Shown piece after piece: positions 54,656 through 64,000 of a DNA stretch of 64,000 nucleotides. Numbering within the stretch: position 1 is the stretch's first letter; every line of letters starts with the position of its first letter. The position numbers and the translations under genes were made by a program. The notes below the pieces were generated by a model, which saw nothing but the letters and a program-made list of their open reading frames with translations, made no database searches and was not told the DNA's origin. The stretch is from Octopus sinensis (lineage: Eukaryota): positions 71,486,001-71,550,000 of the forward strand of contig NC_043002.1 of NCBI RefSeq assembly GCF_006345805.1, in the 5' to 3' direction.

Positions 54656-55167
54656 CATACAAATAAATTCAAATATAAATGGAAATATGTGCATGCATAT
54701 ATGCGTGTATGTTTACATTCATATATAGATACATATATACATACATGTGTGTGTGTGCGTGTGTGTGTGTACACGGAGTGAGAGAGGTTTATATATGTTT
54801 AAGGAACCTATATATGTTTAAGGAACTCACACATACGCACATGTGTAAATTTTGGTGTAGTAAAATTTTGGGCGTATCCTTTATGCATTATTCGATACGA
54901 ATAAACCGACTAACCATACATTGACACTGACATTAATGTTATGGATTTGTACTTCCATAAAATGTAATCCCAAGGTGCAAGAAATCTAATTATATATCTC
55001 TTCTATAGTGAGAAACACAGAAAAACAAGATGAGCATAAAATGATTTTAGTAGCAGTTACAATTATTTCGGTGATATCAGTATAAAATGCGATGAATAAC
55101 AGTTAAAATTATTTCTGTGGTATTCCGCTTAAAACCGCATATATATATAAGTTTGCGAGTATAAATA

Positions 55168-55577
55168 GGCGCAAGAGTGGCTGTGTGGTACGTAGGTAGC
55201 TTACCAACTACATGGTTCCGGGTTCAGTCCCATTGCGTTGCATCTTGGGCAAGTGTCTTCTACTATAGCCTTGGGCAGACCAAAGCCTTGTGAGTGGATA
55301 TGGTAGACGGAAACTGAAAGAAGCCCGCCATATATATATATGTATGTATGTATATGTATATGTGTGTGTATGAATGTTTGTGTGTGTGTGTGTATCCCCA
55401 ACATCTCTTGACAACCGATGCAGGTGTTTTTATATACCCCGTAACTTAGCCGTTCGGAAAAAAAGACCTATAGAATCAGTACTAGGCTTACAAAGAATGA
55501 GTCCTGCGTTTCAATTTGCTCGACAAAAGGTAGTGCTCCAGCATGGTCGCAGTCAAAATAACTGAAACAAGTAAAAT
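55168..55577 (+). mobile_element. SINE family A, full length
   Basis: Complete alignment to family A. Confidence 0.88.
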
Positions 55578-55591
55578 AATATATGGTTACC

Positions 55592-55657
55592 CATATGTAT
55601 CCATGCTGGATACATATGTATGCGATATGTATCCATGCATGGATACATATGTATGCG
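55592..55657. repeat. Tandem pair of palindromic 32/33-bp units
   Basis: ATATGTATCCATGC(A)TGGATACATATGTATGCG repeated twice. Confidence 0.9.
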
Positions 55658-56375
55658 ATTTAATGAATCACGTTTGCATTTCGACATATTTTTTTCATAC
55701 AATGAATACGTAATTATTTCATTTTTGTAATCTCACGTGGTGCCGAGTAGTCACGTTATTGATAATGTTGCGAATGGTGACAAAAAGTACATAGACAAAC
55801 ATAACTGAGTGGATTATTAACTCAAGGGTAATTCAAAGAATCCAAGTGACAAATAATGACGACTTGAAATAGAACGAGTGCGTGTGTTAATTATTAGCAT
55901 AATGAACCGCCTAGATACAATAAATTATATAATTAAATAAGCCAATTTACATATGACCTTAATTACATATTTAACCTTAATTATGTACGTTATCTTAGTT
56001 ATATATTTAGACATTGATTTTTAACATAATTTATTCTCTGTACAACATCCACTGACAAACTCCCACTTCATCAGCTTTTGATTGAAGTTTTCAAGGACTC
56101 CGGGGCATCCAAAAGCACTGTGATATCAGCGTGCGTCGAACACCACTGATTCCTATTAGGAAACGTTCACGTTCTTTTGACCCACATTATAGCACCTTTG
56201 TGAAGGTGTGTTACATAGTAATTAATGTGTTGCCTTCACGATCGCAAGATCGGGTAGTACGTTGAGATCTTGAACAAAACACTGCCTTTCAACTTGCCCC
56301 ACTTACGTTCATGCATGCACGACAAACGCACGCACACACAAACACGGTCACACAAACAAACAAACACACACACAC

Positions 56376-56414
<39 letters not shown>

Positions 56415-56521
56415 TTACCACGCAGTGCAACTGAGTCCGGTTCCCTGTAGTTTGAAAGCAAGCTTCTTATATCAGAGCCACTCCTGCGGTTCCATAAATA
56501 CATACATACATACATATGTAC

Positions 56522-56589
<68 letters not shown>

Positions 56590-56599
56590 AAAGACGAAG

Positions 56600-56780
56600 A
56601 CAGGTGATGTAAACAACAAACAAATGTATTAGTTTAACCCTCGGGATGTGAAGAAATCTTTAACGTTTCGGTCCTACGCTCTTGTACAGAAGGAAACACA
56701 GAAAGAAACAAAGAGAGAAAATAAAGAAGAGAAAATAGAGAAAATAAGAATGCTTAGTGACTAGTAATCTATCATGGCGA
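56600..56780 (-). repeat. Possible Penelope-type terminal repeat fragment with hammerhead-like fold
   Basis: Minus strand CTT-CTGTACAA-GAGC(GTAG)GACC-GAAA-CGTTA-AAG. Confidence 0.3.
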
Positions 56781-58289
56781 ATCTATATATATTATTCACC
56801 TTATTCAGATCATATTATTAGCGTGGATCCAGTGACTATTAAGAGCAGTAACATTGATACAGTATGTGTCTAACTGCAACCCTGAGACTCATAATATACT
56901 CAGATGCTTCTTTTATCCGCATCCGACTCCTTCTCCTTTCCAGACTGATTTTGGTCGATTTTGTAGGCACTAAGGACGATAAATGTTTTGACGCTACGCA
57001 CTTAGAAACTAATAGAAAAACCTATTCATTAAAGAAAGTGAAAAAAGAATTTGTAAATATTCTCAGACGAAAATATTTGTGATTTAAGAAAGGTACCAAT
57101 GTTTAAAATTTGAAAATCTAGAAACGAAATGAAGAAAACCTTGTTTTACTTAATATATTTGTATAATTATATTTTTAAAAATACGCAACGTACATCGATA
57201 CCCCTTGATATTCACTGTTTGAGAAGCACTCCCTTAATCACGTTTCGAATATGGTCTTCTGATTGATTTTCAGTGAAGTTATTGAAGATATTAACAATAA
57301 ATTTGACAGTATCAGTTTTGCGAAATTTCATTCACCCTTAGAAAATCATGAGAATTTTGATTCTGTAAGAAATCAATAACGGCGTCAGATTATGAAGTTA
57401 GTGTAAAAGAACTGGTAGTGCGTCGAACAAAATACATTGCAGGATATAATCAAAAGCAATTAATGCTTCAGTTCACATCCCACCGAAGTCAAATTCAAAT
57501 CCTCTTTTGGCTAACATCCATCTTGTTGAGAATTTTAAACTAAAGCATAAAGTATAATAGTATCGATTATTTAAACGTTTTTAAAGCATCAAAGAAAATA
57601 TTTGCAGTATTGTGCCAGAGTACTTTAGGATCTGTGTTTATATTTGGCTGAGGTGAACTTTGGCCTTTCCTCTTCTGATCAATAAAATAAAGTACCAATC
57701 AAGTACTATGGTTGATTTAATATTCCAAGAAATAATCATAGATGACTATGGAGATAAGAGAAGATCAAGAAAAGACATCCAATCGATACTTTTATGGCTT
57801 ATGCCAATGGTAGTAATTGATAATGGTCAAGATTCAGATAAGCAACATAAGAATATGTGGAAAAAAGGATGTTTTGTAAATGTAGACTGATATAATTCCC
57901 ATTCTTTGGTTTTCGGATGAGTTCTCTTTCATTACTAATCTCCACTGGAAAATTTCAAGTTTTACCAATTTATATGTTCCCAACAATAAAAGATTGAATA
58001 CTTTTTGCATCATAACACAGAAGTGTATAATGTCATAGTTGATATTTATTAGTGGAATAGTTAAGTTAGTATTGAAGTTGGCGGAGATTACATTGCGGGT
58101 ATTGATGCTGTGTATGGACGATTGTGTATATGTTGTTGTCGCTGCTTTAGTTATCGGTGCTGCTGGGTTGCTGATATTGATGTTTAACTCCAAGCGGTTG
58201 AACAGCGTTCTGAACACAGACCGCCATAACGAATATTCTCTAGTCATAATATACCTTATACATACATATATATATGTATATATTTTTAA

Positions 58290-58480
58290 AATGGTACTTA
58301 GTCGGTTACAACGACGAGTATTCCAGCTGAGCCGATCAACGGAACAGCCTGCGCGTGAAATTGGAGTGCAAATAGCTGAGCACTCCACCGACACATTTAA
58401 GGACAGAACGGCCGCCGGGTATCGAAATCACGACACTAGCATCGTATTTGAATCCCCTATCCGCTAAGCCACTCACCTTC
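58290..58480 (-). mobile_element. tRNA-headed SINE, family D
   Basis: Minus head GTGAAGGTGAGTGGCTTAGCGGATAGGGGATTC...GTGATTTCGATACCCGG, followed by GTCGGTGGAGTGCTCAGCTATTTGCAC...GCTGTTCCGTTGATCGG. Confidence 0.6.
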
Positions 58481-59371
58481 ACACGTGCATAGATGATGGC
58501 CGTACACCATTGTTGTCATCATTCACAGATGTTTAGTAGCAATGTGAGAAAAATGTGACACATGCCTCACTCCCTCCAAGTCATAATTGCTTCCGTTCAA
58601 ATTCATGTTGAGGTCAAGTGATTTAGAGATGAGTTCCGACGATCAGATTTCTTGTAATGTTGTGCTGTGTTCTTGGCATTTCACAACACTAAATAAAATT
58701 ATTCTTTTGGCTATTAAAATTACTGTGGTTCGTATCAGCTCAATCGGCTAGTTTCAGTATTTTCATAGTATGGCAAATCAACCTCAGCTCATTTGTTGTT
58801 AATAACGTACACTTCACGACCTTTTCGAATGTCTTCCATGTTTTTACAAAAACAATAAATTTTTACTTTTAGGAGAGTTTCCTGCATGTTGTGTAAATTT
58901 AATTTCATAAAGGGAATCACTGTTGGAGGTGAATATTAGTCTTAGTATTGGCGGTGATTATGATAAACTGGACAAGGAAAATACTATTAACTGGTGTGTT
59001 AACTAAATAATAATTTTTTACGTTGGTATCAGTTAAAGCTGAAATTGTGAAAATGTTACTATTAAATTTTGTGTTGACAGTAGATTTTTACTGTATCTAA
59101 ATATTTAATAAGTGTAAAAATATTGAAACACGCTGAATTAGTGAGGAATAAACAATGTAGGAACACATTACAGTAAAGTATTTCGTTATTTTTAACCATG
59201 ATATTCATCTTCCTTTTAACGATTATCGGAATGGACTGCAAAATGGCCGACTTTACAGATTAGCCTTAAATTGGCATTGAGCTAGTAGATCGCTTTTCAT
59301 AGAGAGTGAAGCTATTTCAATCCCATTATATTTTCAATGATAGTTTAAACAGTACGCGTCATTTGAGCGTG

Positions 59372-59421
<50 letters not shown>

Positions 59422-60019
59422 TTTCCTTTCGGTAAAAACTTCTGACGTCCAGCACAATTTTCTTGTCGGCCGTAGTAACTTCCCTTCGTAAATGCGTTGG
59501 CTATTGCTGAACACGAATTCATACAAGGATTATGGTTGAATACAACACACAGATACATTAATATTTCTTAGCATAATGATATCATGGTGTATTAATAACG
59601 TATGAGTCCTAGTGAAATTTATGTAATGTTTTTATATTATTTATTCCTCAATAATTCAGTGTGTTTCAATTTTTTTTACACACATTAGTTATTTAGGTAC
59701 AAAATTGACCGTTCATAAAACATTTTCATGAGGTGAAGAAGAAACTAAAAACTTCTAATTCCTCTGTACGTAATCATGAATATTTTCTTGAACTTGAAAT
59801 ATTTACGGAAGAAGAAACAGAATGAAAACATTCCATGAACGTCTTCTGGTCTTTAATTTCATCTTAGATTTGCCGTAATTTCTCTGTTAGTAATGTATCT
59901 TATCAACAAATTTACAGGTTAACTCATGCTGATTAAAAGGGTTAAAACAGTGTTATATATGACAATTAATTGAAGTTGTAGGACCTTCAGTGTATAAAAT
60001 TGCAAACAGAATTTAAAAT

Positions 60020-60256
60020 ATCTTTTTCATTTACCTGTTTTAGTAACGTGACTGTGGCCATGCTGAGGCACTGCCTTGAATGGTTTAAGTTGAACAAATC
60101 AACCCCAGGTCTTTTTAAAGCCTGGTACTTAATTTATCGGTTTCTCTTTGCCGAGCTACTAAGTTACAGAGAAGTAAACACATCAACTCCGGTTATCAAG
60201 CGGTGGCGGGACACATGAAGACACACACAATAGATATATACATACACATAGATAGG

Positions 60257-60298
<42 letters not shown>

Positions 60299-60493
60299 CA
60301 TACATACATACATACATACATACATACATACATACATAGGGAGCTTCTTTCAGTTTCCGTCTATCCAGTCCACTCAAAAGTGTTTGGAAGACCCGAGTAT
60401 ATAGCAGAAAACACTTAACCAATGTGTCAAGCAGTGGGATTGAACTCCGAACAATGTGGTTGGTAAGCAAGCGTCTTAACACCCAGCTACGCC
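60020..60493 (-). mobile_element. SINE family A, older copy with (GATA)/(TACA) internal tract
   Basis: Reverse-complement alignment to family A head and tail. Confidence 0.8.
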
Positions 60494-60933
60494 TGTTGCT
60501 GTTATATTGGTATATTAAGGTATGGTGATGCAAACAGGAAAAATGAAAGCTCAAAATATGAGAACCGGTATATTTTTATTGATATTTGACTGAGGAAACT
60601 GGGTGATGCAAGGGCCGAAAATTTCGTGCGTTGAGACTTATCCTTGTACTCTCTATACTGCTTGCTTTCAAATTCAAATTTCTAATTCCTAATATTCTGA
60701 GTTGATCACCTCCCTTCATAAAAACGGTTATTTAGAGACCGCCACGCAAGCTTTTCTTATCGCGTGGATTTTACGCGGAACAAAACGTTGTGTTCAATGA
60801 ATACATGAAGTAAAGTGTTCGTTATCTAGTAGTAACAGTGTTAACCACTTCGTTTATGATAATAGTAGAAATGTTAGTAATGATGTTTAATGAAAGGCTG
60901 TAACTGCTACCATTACTATTACTAATCCGTGAA

Positions 60934-61580
60934 GGCGGCGAGCTAGCAGAATCGTTAGCTCACAGGGTGAAATGCTTAGCGGCAGTTCGTCTGCCGTTAC
61001 GTTCTGAGTTCAAATTCCGAGGTTGGCTTTGCCTTTCGTCCTTTCGGGGTCGATAAATTAAGTAACAGTTACGCACTGGGGTCGATGAAATCGACTTAAT
61101 CCCTTTGTCTGTCCTTGTTTGTCCCCTCTATGTTTAACCCATTCTGGGCAATAAAGAACTAAGAATCGTTATCACACTGGGCGATATGCTTAGCAGCGTT
61201 TCGTCCGTTTTAACTTCTGAGTTCAAATTCCTTCGAGATTGACTTTGCCTTTCGTCCTTTCGGGTTTTGTACTAACCAGTTGTGTACTAACCAGTTGTGT
61301 ACTAACCCTCCCCCAAATTTCAGGCCTTTTGCCTATAATAGAAAGGATTATTATTACTATTTCGGGAAGGTGGTGAGCCTGCAGAATCGTTAGCATAGAG
61401 GGTGTAATGGTTAGCGGCATTTCGTCCGTCTTTACGTTCTCAGTTCAAATTCCACCGAGGTTGACTTTGCCTTTCATCCCATCGAAGTACGATAAAACAA
61501 GTACCGATAGAATACTGGGTCGATGAAATCGATTCCTCCCCTTTCCAGAAATCGCTGACTATGTGGCAACATTTGAAACA
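60934..61580 (+). mobile_element. SINE family B dimer followed by a third B monomer
   Basis: Units at 60934-61163, 61164-61358 (headless, with a tandem repeat of the 15-bp TACTAACCAGTTGTG, about 2.5 copies) and 61365-61580. Confidence 0.85.
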
Positions 61581-61757
61581 TTTATTATTATTTATTATTA
61601 TTATTATTTATTATTATTACGTTTATATATTTGTTGGCCGAAATAAGATTCAGATTAATGTAAAAAATAAATAACACTGAAGCTAAGTAACACCAAATAT
61701 ATAGTGCGTGTGTTTTTATTGGCTAAACTGGCAAAATGACCATTCCGATATACAACA

Positions 61758-61758
61758 A

Positions 61759-61804
<46 letters not shown>

Positions 61805-61822
61805 GATTTTTTATTATTATTA

Positions 61823-61862
<40 letters not shown>

Positions 61863-61920
61863 TATTATTATATTATTATTATTATTATTATTATTATGAT
61901 TTTTATTACTATTATTATTA

Positions 61921-62004
<84 letters not shown>

Positions 62005-62020
62005 ATTATTATTATTATTA
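61758..62020. repeat. Interrupted (TAA)n array at the 3' end of the R4/Dong element
   Basis: Directly visible (TTA)n on the + strand. Confidence 0.95.
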
Positions 62021-63731
62021 TTCTATGTTTGACTTTTGCTTTATATTTGTATAAGTTGGCTCCAAGTCTCACCCAGAGACCTCAAGAGACAACAGGTTGG
62101 AAGTTCATGTTGTTGTTATGCCTAGTGTGCCATATATTGGGGGGGGGGGAGTTTTTGTTGTTGTACTAATGAATGTCTAAAATAAAAATTTTTTTTTTTT
62201 TTAAACCGAAAATTGTGTTTGTTTTAAAACTTGAGATTACATAGAAAGTATTTTGCGTGGGATATGAGCAGTTCCCATGAGCACTATCTTTTGAATTTCT
62301 GCCATTTTCAGCCCCTTTTGCTATCATTACCAGGGCACCTATGACAACAGGTACTGTTTTAGTCTTCAGGTTCCACATTTTGCTGATTTCTATTTCAAGA
62401 TCTTTATATTTGCTCAGTTTTTGGTAGGTCTTGACAGATACGTTTATATTGATTGGGACAGTCATATCAATGAGGAGGCATGTTCTTTGTATGAAGTCTT
62501 TCAATATGATGTCTGGCCTATTTGAATCTATCTTTCTGTCAGTTTCAATGGTGAAGTTCCAGAGGAGTGAGATGTGGTCATTTTCAAGCACTGGGGATGG
62601 TTTGTGTTCCCACAAGTTTTTTTCATGGGCAAATCCAGGTTTTTTCAAATTACCCAGTGAATATATTGTACAGCTCTATCGTGTCTGTTGAGATACTCTC
62701 TAGGCGCTAGAAGATGCACTTGGAGACCACATGGTCAATGGTTTCATTTTGTTGCTGGCATACACGACACGTTGGACTGCTTCTGATCTTTAATATGTTG
62801 GCCTGGTAGTTTCTTGTTGGTAGGCATTGATCTTGAGCTGCTATGATAAACCCCTCTGTTTCAGATTTTAAGCCAGAGGCCATTAGCCATTGATGGGTCA
62901 GGGCTTTGTCAACATCTGCATTATTTGCTCTCTTTGAGTATTTGCCATAGAGAGGTTTTTCTTGCCATTTATCATTCAGAATGTCTAAGGCCGCAGATTT
63001 AGCACGGGTTTTCATGCGCTTAGCTTTTTCTGTGCCTGTTTCTTGTATGTCTATCTCTAATTCCGAAATTGGTTGTATTCAGAATTCACTTAGATATTCC
63101 TTTGCCTGTTTTGTGACTGAGTATGATGCTTTCTTGTTTTCATGTTTTGAGACAAGTTTTAACATCCAGTCCTCAGAGTTTTTCAGGTAGGTGTCTAGGC
63201 CAATTGTAGCAATCTTCATTGTTATTGCCAGTTGTAAAAGTCCACGGCCTCCCTCTTTTCTTGGCAGATAGAGTCGTTCTGTATCTGCCTTAGGGTGGTG
63301 CATTCTATGCATTGTCAACAGTTTTCGTATTTTTCTGTCAAGATTACATATTTCAGTAATTGACCAGTTAACGATATTGAAACTGTAAGTCACAACTGGT
63401 ATGGCTAATGCATTGATCGCTTCGATCCTGTTTCTCGCATTCAGCTCTGTCTTGAGTATTGCTCTTACTCTGCGATAACATTCTCTTCTGATCCTTTCCT
63501 TCATCTCTGAATGCTTTATTCCTTCTCCTTCAATTACCCCTAGATACTTGTAGTTCTCTGCTGGGTCTAATTCTTTTATGACATTCTGCTGGTCAAGGTT
63601 AACGTTAGATGTTTCTGTCATTTTTTCTTTGATAAAGGTAGCTTTTGCACACTTATCGAGGTCAAATTGCATTCTGATGTCATCACTAAATTGTTTGACA
63701 ATCGCTAGTAAGCCCTTGAGTTGTTGGTCAT
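62021..63731 (-). mobile_element. R4/Dong-clade non-LTR retrotransposon (RT C-terminus, CCHC zinc knuckle, restriction-like endonuclease), 5'-truncated, inactive
   Basis: FSDDIRMQFDLDKCA...YKYLGV...LYLPRKEGGRGL; ETEGFIIAAQDQCLPTRNY; CRVCQQQNETIDHVVSKC; NRPDII...LIDMTVP...KLSKYKDL; VVIGAL. There is an in-frame stop at 63079-63081 and there are frameshifts near 62710 and 62620. It is inserted in (TAA)n, the known Dong target. Confidence 0.93.
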
Positions 63732-63742
63732 TATTATTAATA

Positions 63743-63796
<54 letters not shown>

Positions 63797-63819
63797 GATT
63801 TTTATTACTATTATTATTA

Positions 63820-63856
<37 letters not shown>

Positions 63857-63910
63857 TATTATTATATTATTATTATTATTATTATTATATTATTATTATT
63901 ATTATTATTA
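63732..63910. repeat. Interrupted (TAA)n array between the two R4/Dong copies
   Basis: Directly visible. Confidence 0.95.
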
Positions 63911-64000
63911 TTCTATGTTTGACTTTTGCTTTACGTTTGCACAAGCTGGCTCCAAGTCTCACCCAGAGACCTCAAGAGACAACAAGTTGGAAGTTCATGT
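63911..64000 (-). mobile_element. 3' end of a second R4/Dong copy (continues beyond the window)
   Basis: 84/90 identical to 62021-62110. Confidence 0.9.

Noticed and set aside
57834-58467. 186-aa and 142-aa overlapping ORFs
   Set aside because: They span a SINE (58290-58480), a (TA) tract and low-complexity GTT/GCT sequence, with no domain motif.
60600-60645. CTGAGGA...GAAA hammerhead-like core
   Set aside because: Neither stem I nor stem II pairs.

Overview
AT-rich, microsatellite-saturated eukaryotic DNA that looks intronic or intergenic. The host is most likely a cephalopod (Octopus-like). This is an inference from the very high (TA)n/(CA)n/(TACA)n/(GATA)n density and from tRNA-derived SINE families I recognise from octopus genomes. 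I find no intact host protein-coding exon, rRNA, tRNA or CRISPR array, and most ORFs in the supplied track are translations of microsatellites. The window is a graveyard of mobile elements. It holds about 30 copies or fragments of four SINE families, and LINE relics of the RTE, CR1 and R4/Dong (restriction-like endonuclease) clades. It also holds a decayed Ty3/Gypsy RNaseH-integrase region, mariner/Tc1/Tigger DNA transposon derivatives, two non-autonomous Helitrons and a Penelope-like GIY-YIG fragment. The most interesting structures are: (1) two head-to-tail R4/Dong elements in a (TAA)n array whose two flanking arrays share identical interruptions, suggesting a very long target-site duplication; (2) a near-perfect 86-bp inverted duplication of target DNA exactly at the 5' truncation point of an RTE LINE; (3) a perfect 112-bp palindrome and three motifs shaped like minimal hammerhead ribozymes with non-canonical cores, probably Penelope-derived; (4) a long-TIR foldback element with CACTG ends; and (5) a recurrent dimeric SINE. 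I cannot support a wholly new multi-gene system. The candidates are transposon-mechanism observations. All alignments were done by eye, and coordinates of degenerate elements are approximate.
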